NCBI RefSeq assembly: GCF_009914755.1
Contig: NC_060934.1
DNA from: the human T2T-CHM13v2.0 reference genome, Homo sapiens
DNA length: 64,000 bases
Strand: one strand, 5' to 3'
The notes under the pieces were generated by a model. The model was not told the origin of the DNA and searched no databases. It saw only the letters and a list, made by a program, of their open reading frames with translations. The position numbers and the translations under genes are program-made. This document shows, one piece after another, positions 43,934 through 61,269 of the stretch (position 1 is its first letter; each line of letters starts with the position of its first letter).

Positions 43934-44987
43934 CTTGTTTCTTATATTAGTTATCACAGGCCCTATGGGCAAAGACTTCCCCCTATACTTCCCAGCATTG
44001 CTCCAGCATGCCCTGCACAGTTCTGAGCTTATGGCAGATACCCAGGACACACAGGAGGTGGGCTGGGAAGGGCAGGGGAGCACCGGAAAAAGAGGCTGTG
44101 ATGGCGGCCCCTGGGGAGGCCAGAAGGAGAGCACCAGGAGTTGCCCTCGCTGGCAGGAGCCTGGCAGGAACCCTGCCTGTCCTTGAGGGCCCATCTTCCT
44201 TGCAAGAGTGTTGACACCCTGTGAGGAGGGTGCAGAAACTCCAGCCACAGGGCCACAGACGTTCTGGACAGTGTCATGTGAGGTGGCATTGGAGCTTCTC
44301 CTCTTACAGCCTGACAGAGTGTCCCTTGGGGTGGCAGGTTCATTGAAGACAGCGTGGAACTGGATACAGAAGGTGTCATTTTGATGGCCATTCCTTCAGC
44401 TTTATGCCATGCTCCATAGACAGCCTAGGGTACCCCTCTCTGTCCCACTTTTAGTTCCTCAGTGATACAGATTGCTAAAGGCAACTCAATTGCAAATAGC
44501 CCCGCACCATGTGACACTGCCTCCTTGAAAAGTACCTCAGATGCTGGCAGAGGATGGTGACCTTTCAGTGGTATATGCCTGCTCTCAGCCCAGCCAGACA
44601 GACCACTGCCACAGAGGTGGGAGAGGCAAGAAGAGCCTTTAACTTAAGGGCACTTGGCAAAGGGCTGTCTCATTTGCTAGGGTTCTGTTATATGTCACTT
44701 GGTGTGCAAGCTTCCAAGAACTACTTGGCTTCCTGACAGGGAACATGATAGAATGTCAGGACCTAAGCTAATGTAAAATATGCTTTGGCCAGCCAAGTCA
44801 TGCACAGGCAATGCAAGAAGCCATTGGTCGTTCACACGTCTGCGCCATGTTAGACGGGGGCTCCACTGATGGACTTAACCTTTCCAGACCCACGTGATGA
44901 TGGAGATCCGGCAGGCAGTGGCTTCTTACTCAAGGCATGCTGATTTTGAAAAGTATGAGGGCATCTTTAAAAAAAAAAAGTGCATTC

Positions 44988-45299
44988 TTTTTTTTTTTTT
45001 TTTTTCCTGAGACGGAGTCTTACTCTTGCTCTGTCTCCCAGGCTGGAGTGCAGTGGTGCAATCTCGGCTCACTGCAATGTTTGCCTCCTCCTGGGTTCAA
45101 GTGATTCTCATGCCTGAGTCTCCCAAATAGCTGAGATTACAGGCGCTGACCACCACGCCTGGCTAATTTTTGTATTTTTAGTAGAGATGGGGTTTCACCA
45201 TGTTGGTCAAGCTAGTTTTGAACTCCTGACCTCAGATGATCTGCCTACCTCAGCCACAAAAAGTGCTGAGATTACAGGTGTGAGCCACTGCACACAGCC
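44988..45299 (-). mobile_element. Alu (AluS)
   Basis: Full dimer. Confidence 0.95.
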
Positions 45300-45392
45300 G
45301 TTTAAAAAAACAAAACAACAACAAAAAACAAAAAAAACCAAACCTGCATTCTTAAAGGGTACTTGTTTCCTGTCGCTCTTTTTTCCTTTATA

Positions 45393-45885
45393 CGGTGGTC
45401 CCCCCTTATCCATGGAGGATATGTTCCAAGACCCTCAGTGGATACCTGAAACTGCAAATAGTACTGAACCCTATATATATATACTATGTTTTTTTCCTAT
45501 ACATAACATGCCTATGATAAGGTTTAATTTATAAATTAGGCACAGTACTCTTGTGCGTTGGGGCCATTATGAAGCGAAATAAGGATGTCTTGATCACACG
45601 CACTGCCGTATCATCACCGTTTATCCTATCATTGAGGTGGCTACTAAATGACTTGCGGGTGGGAAGTATAGACAGCATGTATATGCTGGACAAAAAGGTG
45701 ATTCACGTCCCGGGTGGACAGAGCAGGATGGCCCAAGACTTCATCAGACTACTCAGATCAGTGTGTAATTTAAAACTTACGAATTATTTATTTCTGGAAT
45801 TTTCCATGTAATATTTTTGGACCACGCTTGACTGTGGGTAACTGAAAGTTTGGAAAGCGAAACTGTGGGTAAGGGAGGACTACTG
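45393..45885 (+). mobile_element. MER82-like Tigger DNA transposon
   Basis: TIRs cggtggtccccccttatcc / gggtaagggaggactactg with TA on both sides. Confidence 0.85.
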
Positions 45886-46169
45886 TACTCCCCTCTTCCT
45901 GTTTTTCACCTCTCCCATGCCTCCCCCTAGTCCCTCCCATTTCTGTGTCTTTGTGTTTATCTGTTGAGCCTTTGGCATGAACACCAGACAAGGTTGGCTG
46001 GGTTTATAGGTGCTACATTTTTTCACTTGGGCGCTTCAGATTTAGATAATAGGATACAGAGACCTAGAGGTTTCATCCAAGTTTCAGCCTTGGGCCAGTT
46101 AGGGAGTGTGGAATTGGCAACCTTTTATGACTGTTAAGCAAAATCTTTGCAGAGGAGCTGTACCAATTA

Positions 46170-46838
<669 letters not shown>

Positions 46839-47985
46839 TCATTTAAATGTGAAAACTGATGCACAGAGCTGAGTCATTTTGGGATACCTGTGTGAGCCGG
46901 GGGTTCCATTTTCCTGGTGACCCTTCTCAACTCCGTTCCCAGTGGTTCTTTCTCAAAATTACAGATTGTGAAGAATTTTTTTTTTTCCTCCTAGTTTCTT
47001 CCAGCCTGGAGTTCACAGTGGGGCTTACTTCTCACCTGGTCAGCCAAAGCTTAACTGAAAATCTCCAAGAGTTCCTGTCTTTAGAAACCCATAAAGTCCG
47101 GTCCTACTCCCTGGTACTGATTCTCCTTTTTTTCTGAATGGTACTCGCATCAGCCTGGACTACGGGGAACATGCTGTTCCCATCATTTACCCCGTGTATG
47201 AGCCGGAGATTTCACTGTTAGTGTTAAGTTACAGTGCCTTGCTGGTTGGGAGCTTGCCTTTTGAAAAGTTCAGGTCCAGCCCTCCTTTGCCTTATCTTGG
47301 GAAATGACTTTCTGCTAAAATAATTTCGGTTTGTACATATGCATGTCCATGCACACACCCCAGCTCCACACCATCCAGTGGGAAAGGGAGTCAGGGATTT
47401 CATGGTAGCTGTCATTTTGATGAATGTCCCTGTGTCCACCCACAGAGGCCGTGACATTCCTGCCTTTCCCACTTGATAATCTGAAAATCTCCCAAGCCTG
47501 ATTGCCTTGCTATAGGCCTGCAACCTGGAATGCTGCATAGGTTCTGAGTTTCAATCCCCAGGGTCCGCACTGGCCAGGATCTGTAAGAGCCTGTGGGCTT
47601 GATGCTGATAAGGCAGAGAGCTAACGGGGGATTATCAGAGAGGGAGAGTGCCAGACAAGGTGCATTCCTCTGGGGATAGAGCAGCAGGACTTTGGGAGCT
47701 GGGACAATTGTGTGAAGCAGGACGTGATTGCGTGGTCTTGTTTCAGCCAGCCTCAGCTATCCCCTTTTATCTGCCCCCAGAGGCACTGTGCTTTTTAGGC
47801 CTCCTCACCTTCCCTCTGAAATGTGCTCCCCAATGTGCCCACCTCTTCTTTCTGTTTTCCAGCCTCTGCTGGGCAAAAGTGGGAAGTTGCTCTCAAGTGT
47901 TAAACGTGTTCACTCTCACCAAGTGGAAGATTTTACATTAGAATTCAATCATTCTGTTTACTTCCTTTAAAGTCGAGAGCGTATC

Positions 47986-48280
47986 AGCTGAGTGTGGTGG
48001 CTCACACCTGTAATCCCAACATTTTGCTAGGCCTAGGTGGGAGGATCACCTGAGGGCAGGAGTTCAAAAGTGAGACCCCCCCATCTCTACCAAACAAACA
48101 AACAAACAAACAAATTTGCTGAGTGAGATGGTACACACCTGTAGTCCCAGCTAGTCTGGAGGCTGAGGCAGGAAGATTACTTGAGCCCAGGAGTTTGGGG
48201 CTGTAATGGGCTCGGATGGCGACCGTGCACTGCAGCCCGGGGCGACACAATGAGGCCCTGTCTCTAAAAAATACATAAAT
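47986..48280 (+). mobile_element. Alu (AluJ-like, diverged)
   Basis: Dimer with (CAAA)n linker. Confidence 0.9.
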
Positions 48281-48449
48281 GAAGTTGAAAGCATGTGAAG
48301 TTTATGATTGGCTTTGTGATCGGAAGGATGTGTCATGCTTTCCCCTGGGTGTTGGGAACCTTCTGAAAGAACTGCTGTCGGAATTCAGGGTCTTCTGTGC
48401 CTGTCCACCCACTAGCCCTCATGGGCGTAATGCAGAGATCTCAGAAGGG

Positions 48450-48673
48450 AGAGCTCTGGATCCAGACTGCTTATGTTGGAATCATCTTCCACCCACTTAC
48501 TCACTGTGTGCCCTTTGGACAGTTATTTAACCACTCTGCACCTCAGTTTCTTCATCTGTAAAATGGAAATTATGGTACATACCACATATGATTGTTAGAA
48601 GGAGTCAATGAGTTAACCTTTAAGTACTTAAAATGGTATCTGGCAATTAGTGAGCACCATGTAAGTGTTTGCT
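48450..48673 (+). mobile_element. MIR SINE
   Basis: cctcagtttcttcatctgtaaaatgg core. Confidence 0.85.
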
Positions 48674-48820
48674 TAATAAATATTAAGAGTTTGGGGTTTG
48701 GGGTGGGTTTTTTTTCTTGTTTTTTTTTTTGTTTTTTTTTTTGGTTGGCTTAATACCTTTCTAACTGAAATTTTTGTTGAGATAATTGTAGATTCAGATG
48801 CACTTGTAGGAAATAATTTA

Positions 48821-49138
<318 letters not shown>

Positions 49139-49535
49139 TTAGAATGTATCAGTTAAAAATAAAACTAAAAAAGGAAATAATGATGAGATTTCCCATGTAC
49201 CATTTATCCAGTTCCCCCAGTGATAACAGTTTGCAAAACTGTAGAAGAGTATCACAGCCAGGATATTAACATTGTTACAATCTACCTCTCTTATTTATCT
49301 TATAAAAGATTTCCCATTTTACTTCTACTCCTTTGTATGTGTGTATATATTTAGCCCTATACAATTTTATCACACATGTAGGTTCATGTTTCCAGCACTA
49401 CAGTCGAGATACTAAATAGTTCCATCACAAGGATCTCTTGCTTTGCCTTTTACAACCACATCCACCTCCCGCCCTTTGACGAAACACCTGGCAGGGACTA
49501 ATCTGTTCTCCATTTCTAAAATTTTGTCGTTTTTA

Positions 49536-49860
<325 letters not shown>

Positions 49861-51411
49861 GCAATAATACAGTGTGTAACCTTTTGGGACAAGCCTTTCC
49901 ACTCAGCATAATTTCCTGGAGATTTATCTAAGTTTTTGAGTGTATCAATGGTGCATTATTTTTCCTTGCTGAATAGTATTCCAGGGTATATATGTACCAC
50001 AGTTTGTTTAACCATTCACCTATTGAAGGATATCTGGCATCTTTCCAGTTTTTGGCTATTACAAAGAAAGCTGCTATGAACATTTGTGTACAGGTTTTTG
50101 TGTGAACATAAGTTTTCATTTCTCTGGGAAAAATGCCTAAAATGCCTAAGAGTGCAATTGCTGGGTTATATGGTAATTACATGTTTAGGTTTACTACTTT
50201 AATAATTATAAAAAACACTTTGTTATTTAAATTTGTACCTCCCAACAGTAAATGGATGTTCCACTTTTTGACTTGCAGCTAACATTGTATTAGTATTTGT
50301 TAAATAAATTAAAACAGACCACTGGCTTTTACAATGTATCCAGGACTGTGTAAGAGGAAAGGGAGAGGAGGGGATTCAGATGGTTTGGTGACAGTTCTTG
50401 TCTTTAAGACATGTGTCATCTTAGCTCTGGGAATTGAGTGGCTGGAAAGAAGAGCCATTAGACTGTGTGCAGGCAAATTATAGAAGGCCTGAAACAGCCC
50501 AGAGGACAGCCATGTGGGAGGTGGGAGATGAGGACAGAGTGGAGGTTTGGAGAAGCCTTGTCAATGTTGGTGCCACCGATGGCTGAGTTTGGAAATTTTA
50601 TGGTCTTTTGTATTTGACAAAAAATTGGAAATATTTGAATTTGAAGAAAAGCCATTGATTTTTCATGGAATATTATATGTTTTTGGTTAAAGGTAAGGAT
50701 TATTGCAGTGATAAATCCCTTTGAAAGGGTATACTTTTCTTACAAGAAGAAAACAGAAGCATGGCCTTGCTGGAAAATGGCTGGTTTTAGTGACTCACCA
50801 TTGTGAACAAAAAGTTCGATTGTTGGCCAAGTCACACAGTGGTTTTCCCGGCCTCCAGCACGATGCTGGTTCTTTCTGTGGATTGGGTCATTTTGATGGA
50901 GTGCAGTGAAAGTTCACATAATGTGTTTGACGCCTGGAACAGATAATTTTTCACATTACTGTCCTCTATATGACAACATTATTTTCAATAAAAACCATGC
51001 AGTCAGCAATAATTTTCTTGATTTTTTTCTTCAGTTTGTAAACAATGAATGATTGAAGAAGAATGGATATAAGTTTTAAATATACTACTCAGATCCAATA
51101 AAATATTTCACATCTGAATTAGCATCTGATTTTTCATTTTTATAATCACTGTGCTATCACTGTTTATACCAAATCTGTTTTAACCAGTGAATCGATAATA
51201 CTGCAGGGATTGGAGATACAAACTGTGTTGGAAATGGAATTGAAAATGAATTGATTCTAAACTAGTATGAATTTATTTTCTAAATCTGTGTGTGTAGGTG
51301 AGTCTGGATTTGCATGAGCAACTACAAATCCAAGAGTTCTGCAAATAAATTTCATGTAAATACCATGCTTATGAAAGCGTAAGTAATACACATATGCTAA
51401 TTTGAAACTTA

Positions 51412-51830
<419 letters not shown>

Positions 51831-53288
51831 AGAACTGCTGATGCAGATGACTTTTAGTAGTTTTATTCCTGTTGTAAAAATCTCTAGAGACAACATCCTA
51901 CCTTATTGCCTGCACTGGGGTAGCAGTTTGGTTGTGTAGCTGTGTGACTTTGAGCAAGTTGCCTTCATAGCTATAGTCATCTTCCTTATCTGCAAAATGG
52001 TAAAGCTTTCTGTGGGTTAATAATATGATCCACACAAAGTGTCTGGAGTGGCATTGGCATACAATAGGTTCTTAAGAAATGTGAGTTGTCTTCACTTCTC
52101 CACCTGGAATGGGCAATATCTGTGTGTCTCTGGGACAGCCCTGGACCTTGAGGTTGGAGCTCAGCGTGACCAGTCACAGAGCTGCCTCCCTTTTCATTCT
52201 CTTTCTGATATCCGCCAGGAAATGCAACGGTTCTGTTTAAGCAGCATTCATTGAGTGACTACATTGAACTCCAAAGGAAGCTTGAATAAATTCTAGAGTT
52301 TCTTTGCTGTGTCCATGCAAGCTTGGATGGGAGAGCTATTCTGGTCTCTCTTGGGATGAAAGGGTGGGAAATTTCAGGACGGAGTGGTGGGCTGTCTGTC
52401 TGGAGGGTGAACCTCAAAACCAATGGCGATTCTCCTTGGCTTGAGGGTAAAGAGGCTCTGCAGCTGTTTCTCCTAATCAAAGAGGGTTGGTTGTAGTCAG
52501 GCCATTTACAAATCACTTTCCTTTTCTTTCTCTGTCTTGGTCTTGCCTCCTCCTCATACTGATAATTGCCAAAGAATGTGGTCCAGGCCTTTTTGTGGCT
52601 TTTGTGAGCCTTTTATAGCAGTAAGAAGGAATTCTCGGTATTCTCATCGTGTATAAAAGATCAAGCTATTCTTATGCATGACATAGCTCATGTTGAACGT
52701 GGAAAAACGCTTAAATGACCCAGGGAGGCTCTAGGATGGCTACTTTACATAGCAATTGTGTGCTGTAAAATGAACCTGTTGCATTTTAAAGGGGCTAAAG
52801 AGAATTCTTAATTTTGTACAGTTTAATCTGCCAAGTGATAAGGCTTTCTTTTCCCTTTTTAAAGGAAAATCTATTTAGTGATGGCTATAGGGAATATTGG
52901 GAAGGAAGCTCATATTTTTAATTTAAACAATTAGAAGTGTATTAGAAAATCTATCCTAGAAAAACATCTCATGTTGTAAATAAGCTCAGATGTAGATTGT
53001 TGGATATAAAATGGAGCTTAAGATTTTATTTTTGCTAACCTGATATTCCAGAGTGTATATTGTATTTTTACAATATTGGCTGCATAGCCAATTCATTTCA
53101 ACTGGAAAATACATCAAAAAGCATATAAGTTAATCAAGATCAAGCTAAAATACACTTTAAAAAAATGTTTTTTCTGGTTTTATTGCCTGCCATTCTGCTG
53201 ATTTATTTCCTAGAGAAAGTTAAACATTTTTAAAACACAGAATGAATGGTTTTAAAAGGCAAAGAGCATAGATCTGAAGCCTTAAAAA

Positions 53289-53772
53289 TATTACTCAGCT
53301 ATAAAAAGGAGTGAAATCCTGCCATTTGCAATAACATGAATGAAACTGGAAGACATTATTTGTGTTAAGTGAAATAAGGTAGGCACAGAAAGACAAATTT
53401 TGCATGTTTTCACTCATATGTGGGAGCTAAAAATTAAAACAACTGAACTCATAGAGAGTAAAATGATGGTTACCAGAGGCTGGGAAGAGAGGGTAGAAAG
53501 TGGGGATGGTTAATGGGTACAAAATATAGTAAGATAGAATGAATAAGACCCAGTATTGGATAGTGCCGCGGGATGACGATAGTCAACAATAACTTATTGT
53601 ACATTTAAAAATAACCAGAAGAGTGGAATTGTAATGTTCCTAACACAAATAAATGACAAATGCATGAGTTACCTGATATGATTATTATATGTTGTACCTC
53701 TGTGTCAAGACACCACATGTACTCCACAAAGAGGTACACCTATTATGTACCTATAACAATAAAAAATTAAAG
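53289..53772 (+). mobile_element. L1MA-like 3' end
   Basis: gaaatcctgccatttgcaa...gttaagtgaaataag...ggttaccagaggctggg; ends in aataaaaaattaa. Confidence 0.88.
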
Positions 53773-53826
53773 AAAACATATGAAGTAAACACTCGGTTAT
53801 AAAAAGGTTGGATGAATGAGCATTGG

Positions 53827-54003
53827 CAGGGCTAGCTTCACTGGCAGGTGATCTGTGCTGTCACATAGGGCCCCATGCTTAAAGGGGCTCTGTGCTTGGG
53901 CGTGATGCTCTGGTAATCACCATTTTGAAATTCTTACTAATTTCTGAACAAGGGCCCCACATTTTCATTTTGCAGTGTGCCCTGCAAATTATGAGCTGGT
54001 CCT
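53827..54003 (+). mobile_element. MER91-like hAT-Tip100 element
   Basis: cagggctagcttc...ttgaaattctta...ttttcattttgca...gcaaattatgagctggtcct. Confidence 0.75.
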
Positions 54004-55289
54004 ATATATCAGCTACCCAATAATTCAGCTCAAACTAGCTTTGGACTTTTGAATTTTAATCCTAATCTTAACTAACGTTTATCAGATTGTTTTTTTCTGT
54101 ATGTGAATTTGTGAGGACCAGCGTGATGAACTTTCATGTAGATAATTTTTTTCAACTATTTTCAAAGGGCTAAGTATTAGATAAGTGGTGTTTTTAAACA
54201 TTTTTATCTTGTTTCATACAGTATAAAGCTAAATCCCACTTATTTACTAGTTTCTGGTAAAATACGTAGGTTCTATATATTTTTGCTAGATAAAAACAGG
54301 TGAAATAAAACCTTATTTCTCAAATTATTAATAAAGTATTAATAGTGGCTATTGCTGAAAGCTGGGATTTCAAATGATTTTCACTTTCTAAGTTTTATAG
54401 CTCTGAGTTCAAGTTTTTACAACAAGGCGGAATTATTTTTGTATTTCAGGGGAAACAAGAAACAATAAAGAATTTTTTGAAAGTCTGTTCATTGTTTCCC
54501 ATTCTGGAAGGTGGTGTTGGGGCATTGAGGATCCTGGGGTTCCTATTCCTGAGGGCAACCACAGAAAATTTAGTGAAGTTCAAGAAATGGCTTGGAATGA
54601 TTGAGAGTGTGGCTGGGGTGGCAGGACTGTGGCAGAAACGTCCAGTGGGGTTTGTAAACTTAGGAATAATCTGGGCCTGGCGTCCAATTTCACGAGGCAG
54701 TGATGCAATTTTATTTTATTTTGAGTCCTTGGCTATCAATTGTAGTGTGTCTTTGTTTCTCATTTCTTTTTCTTTTTAAATGTTCTCCTCACCTCATCCC
54801 TCAATAGCAGGTCAGACGTGTTGCTGTGAGCCAAAGCTGCATGTTGCCTTTGAACCAGGACAGAGCTATCCTGATGCAGGGTCAGGTTCAATGTGAGACA
54901 AACAGCTTTGGATTCTAAACCCTTGTTGACATCTCAGCCCCGCTGTACAATGTGGCATGGCTAATGCCCTCCTGCTGCTTGTGAAATGGCCAGGATTTAA
55001 ATGCTGGGATCGGGAGTCAAAGACCCAGGGGATGACCCTGGCATTTTGATGCTGGACGCTTGCCTAGGAGAGGGCAACCCCGCAGGCATGCTGGGAACAC
55101 TGGAGCAGACAGCAGGCCATTCTGGGAGCAGCCCACACTGGCCAGCATTGCTGCCTGTCTGTTAGAGGGAGTGTCTGCCCTGACCCTGGGAGGAGGGACC
55201 ATCTCTTACTTTTCTGTCTGTAGGCAGAAATGTTTTCACTAAAGGCCCTGGCACATCTTAAACATGATTTTAAAGATCAGTGATAATTT

Positions 55290-55596
55290 CTTTTTTTTTT
55301 TTTTTTTTAATTGGGATGGGATCTTGCTTTGTTGCCCAGGCTGGAGTGCAGTGTTATGATCGTAGCTCACTGCAGCCTTGAACTCCTGAGCTCAGGTGAT
55401 CCTCCCTTCTCAGCCTTCTGAGTAGCTGAGACTACAGGCGTGTGCCACCATGCCTGGCTATTTTGTTTTTTTAATTTTGTAGAGATGGGGGGTCTCATTT
55501 TGTTGCCAGGCGGGTCTCAAACTCCTGGACTCAAGCAATTCTCCCACCTTGGCCTCCCAAAGTTGGGATTACAGGCATGAGCAGTGGTGCCCAGCC
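55290..55596 (-). mobile_element. Alu (AluJ-like)
   Basis: gatcgtagctcactgcagccttgaactcctg. Confidence 0.93.
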
Positions 55597-56858
55597 TCAA
55601 TTATGATTTCAAAAATCATAAAGTTCAACTAAAAAAGTCAGAACCCATTAGAGATGAACAGAATGTTTGTTTTTTTAAAACCTTTGTCCCTTGGAGCCCC
55701 AGGGACTCCAAGACATGTGCCCTCCTACACGTCCTCCAGACCAGCTTTGCTCACATCAGCGTTCTGTTTTAGGCTTTCACCTAGTATTTCATATGAAGAA
55801 AGAGTTCATGTCTAAAAAGCAGTACCACTGAATTCGATCAACTTTTTTTTATCATGCTATTTGATCCTTAGTGTCCAAGGTCCCTTTAGTGCTGACGAGT
55901 GAAAACAGATACCAATAGTTGGACTATGATCATATTGGGCAGTTTCCTTTGTATTTGAGGTGGGTTTTCGCGCAACAAGCTGGTGGTCATGCTGAACTGG
56001 ATATTCCGCAATAATCTGGAAATGTAGCCAAGACTGCAAATTATGATGACAATAATCAGACACTTCTGTAGCATATACTGTGTGCTCGCACTTGCCTGAG
56101 CACTTCCCATGTGATTGCTATTTAATCCTCTCAACAGCCAGGAGGTAGGCCCTGCTGCCAGCCCCATCTCATGGTGCCTCCGGTTCTCAGGTTGGAGAAC
56201 AACTGAATATTGGGGCTGCCCCACTGGGCCTCCTCAGAGAGCCACTTTTCCATCTTCAGTTCTCTGCCTCCCAGTTAAACTCCCAGCCCCAGTAGGAAGG
56301 ACTGAGGCGGGAGAAGGAGCTCACAGTTTGGAGAATGCAGTTTTCTTGGAGAGAAGCTGGTCCTTCCCTCCCCCTTCCCCTTTGGGGGCAAATGATGGGG
56401 CTTCCTTTTTCCAAAGTTTTCTGTGCAGATAGGGCACCCTGGCATCCAGTTTTCCAGCTAGACACGTGCGTCATCAGGAACAGCTGCCTGCCCTGGGCTC
56501 CTGGCACAGGAGAAGGAGAAGTGAGGTCAGGAACCCTTATCCCAAAGACAGGCTTCATGTGAGTCCCAGGCTCTGGACTTGTGGAGCCGGGCAGGTGACG
56601 TGAAGGCCACAGTTGGCTGGGACTGCTTTTGCTTGGGGAACCAGAAGGCTCCTACATGTGGAGGTTGTCATGAGACACACCCCTAGAAGGGAATCCGGAT
56701 TTCTCCAGGGTCATCTAGAGGAGTGGTTTGGGAGGAGGCTCTTGTTACTGTCCCCCAGCCCAAGACCATGGAGGACTTGTGGGGTGCGTGTGTGATTAGA
56801 CTCCAGCCGGGCGATTGTGGCCACCCCTATCCAGTGGTGCAGGAAAGAGGCCAGGAAA

Positions 56859-57141
<283 letters not shown>

Positions 57142-58175
57142 CTACCACCACTGCAATAGCTCTTGCCTGGCTGGGAGGAGGGGACAAAAAGAATGTGGAA
57201 TCAGCTATGAGACTGAAGTTTTGAAATGAACTGAGCTGAGTCTTAGAAATCTAAATGAGACTGGATAATTGCAAGTGACTGAAAAGTCAACGGATGACTT
57301 TAAGGAAGTCCCCACTAATGGGGAAAGTCAGAGAAGGGGTTGACATTGCCCAGATGGGGTAGTTATGTAAAAAACGAAGGCATTCTATGTTTGTACTCTG
57401 TGAACTGAGACTGCCGCATAAGCCAGCCTCCTTTATCTATCAGTCTGATCCAGAAGAATTATTGATTTATTCATGCATTTATCCCACAATGCTTAGTATC
57501 ATCTGCGTACAATGCTAGGTACTAGGAAAACAGGACTTCAGGGTTTTGCAAATGTGCTCTCTTCCTACCCACTAGGATTCTGAATTCCTACACAGGGATT
57601 GTATCCTTTTTTTTTCTCTGTCCCTCACCTCTGTTTATTGTTGTTACTCATTTAATATTGTAAGGTAATGTGTTGTTGATCTACAGTGGGAAAGTGCTAG
57701 CATTGTTTCAGATTCAGGAAGCTTATTCACATTAGTAATGGTAATTTCTTATTAGAATCAGTAATAGTAAGAAGTGATAAGATCCAAGTATGGAAGTAGC
57801 ATTTTATTTTCTTTTTTCTCCAATTGAATTATCATATATTTTAATTAAGATCATGTTTTATATTATTTTGTGTCATTCTTCAGTAGGAAATGATGCATCA
57901 GACCAAACAAGGTGCTCAGTTACAGTTAGTTAATTGTGAGTTCATGTATGGTTTTCAGGTAAGTCATATGCCAGCTCTGGCCCTCATTTTTGTCATCCCT
58001 AAGATATTGTGTATGTTTGATTGTGTGGTTGTGTATAGCAGTAGCAATAATAGTGGTGGTATCAGTAGTAATCATTGTGAACAGAGATGATTCTTTTAAA
58101 ATTAAAAGCTACTGCAATTTAATAGCTACTGCCATAGTCTGAGCATGACATGAGGAGGTTGGCTAGAATATTTCA

Positions 58176-58529
<354 letters not shown>

Positions 58530-59384
58530 TTACCTTTCAGTTATGTCATGAGTGTGTACTTAATCACCTGGACTCCACTATATAATCTGTTTGGCATAAA
58601 CTGTTTTTGCTCTTTTCTGTGATTCCCCAACACATCTATTACACCCTCTGTAGAGTATCTTAAAATGGTTGCCGTCATCCTGGGTCACCCCTAACTTTGG
58701 CGTCCATATTTGTAAAGTGTCTTTTCCTTCCTCTTTGACTGCCTCAGTTTCCCCCAGAATACCTCTTGTGATGCTTCTTTTGTTCTGTCCACTCCCTCAG
58801 TGCTTGCTCTATTCTCCCTGCTCTTTAGGGCTTTTAGTGTGAGAATCACAGAAGATAAGTCATTGACATACATACAGGCTTGACTAACGGGGCAGATGCA
58901 GAGAAGTGGATTTTTATGGAAAATATATGGAAAGAAACCTGGCCAAAGAGCCATCACTAGGATTCCAGGTCTGGCGTGGCCACAGATCTGCTGTGTGGTC
59001 CTAAACAAGTCTGCTACACAGAGTAACGTGCACTAGGCTTAGCTAGTATTATAACTGTTGCTGGTTATTAGATAATCTTTCCTGGCCTCAGTTTCCTTGC
59101 TGTTAAGTAAGGAACATGGCTTGAGTGATATCCTGAGTCCTCTCCACTCTCATTTTAGGTGCAATACGATTATAACCCTGACTAGGATAAATCACTAGGG
59201 AACAAAGATGAGGCCCTAAATCTCCTGTGTCCCTTATGACACTTTGCACGCTACAGGGGCAGAGTAGTCATTTAATAATTCAGTACTGCAACTGGGTTTT
59301 TAGGGCATTGCTGAGGAATTTTTTATTATCTAAATATATGCATTACTGGCAAATTAAAGAATAAATGGACAAATTCTACTCAGC

Positions 59385-59600
59385 ATTTGTACAGTGTTTT
59401 GAAAGAGACTCACATTCATCAATTTAATGTCAGCCTCGCAACCATTCCCTAAAGTAGGTAGAGCACATCTGACCTCAATTTATGGATAAAGAAATGGAAG
59501 CTTAGAGAGGGGATTATTTTTTTCAGGTTTCCCAGCTAGTAAGTGGCAAGTCTGGAACCACAATCCCGGGCTCCTTATCCCTGTGCCAGTGCGTTTTCCA
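59385..59600 (-). mobile_element. MIR SINE
   Basis: ttatggataaagaaatggaagcttagagag...cagctagtaagtggca. Confidence 0.7.
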
Positions 59601-60593
59601 GCCTACTAAGGACTACGTTTTTGGGCTAGTTGGGAACAGTAAGAAATACTTCATTGTGAAGACTGATAATATTCAGATGTATTAATCCCTAGAAGATACA
59701 TGGCCCAAAGGATCATCACCCAGGAATGTTATTAGAATGAAGCTTACCCATCTCCTGTGAGGACCTGGCTAAGCAGATCTGTGCCTGGAGTTACAGTCAT
59801 GGCAGTGCTCCTGATTCTGAAGATGGGCTATGGGAAGAGGACTTTGGGACATGCTAAGCCTCCTGAGTAGACACTTGAGCCTTGGCATAGTTGGGATTAG
59901 GGAATGGTAGGAGACCCTCTTAAGAAAGAAAAGAGTGTTCCCTGACTCAAGAGCCTCATGAACCTGGGTCTTGCCCATGCTGGGTAGCTAGAAATGTAAC
60001 CATATCTGCAGTTCTTGGAGGTCAATGAAAAGGTTGTGTAAAGGAGTATTGTTTGGCAGATGTCTCTAGTACCATTGCTGCAACAAATAAAGCTGGCTTA
60101 GCACTGGCCTGTCTGAAGCTGTGCTCTGCAGTGGTTGTAGTCATACTGAGCTGACCACCTGACCATCTAGGCTCCTAGGAACTGCTAGAAGGGCCAGACA
60201 ATGAGGACCCAAGAGCTTCCAACCCAAGGTACTCCTAGAAGATCCCATTACTTGACAGCAGCAACTTCTGCTTCTAGAACTTGCTGAGAGACCTGCTGAT
60301 GAGAGCAGCTGCTGTCAGCTGTCAGGAGGAGCTGCTGCCCCAAGAGAGCAGGAACAGCCTCTGGGAGCTGTGGGTGGCCCATGCCCAACAGGAGTCACCA
60401 GTAGGAGCAGCAGATAGAGTACCAGGTGAGGCAGTCCTTCCTGGTTGTCCTCAGCCCCTTAGAATTGTTGAGAAGGGGCAACATGGTCCATCTTCCAAGA
60501 AGAATCCTTCCCTAGTAGTTGACCTGGTTGGAGACCCAGCAGCTCAGGGTGGAGGCTCCAGCTGGCTTGAATTGTCTCCTGGTCTTCAAGTCA

Positions 60594-61056
<463 letters not shown>

Positions 61057-61269
61057 TTACTGACTAACTCCCAAGTGGAAGTGAATGTTTCCATCTTGTG
61101 TCATCACACTGTCTGCAGCACTTTCATATCAGCCATGCATGTACTCCTTCATCAGATGTTGGTTGAGTACTGTAGATGGCTCAGGCCATCAAATGTCAGT
61201 TTTCCTTTGCTGCATTGTACTTATGTACATATCTTAGCCCTCCACTAGACTAAAGTCTTTTTTGTTAAG

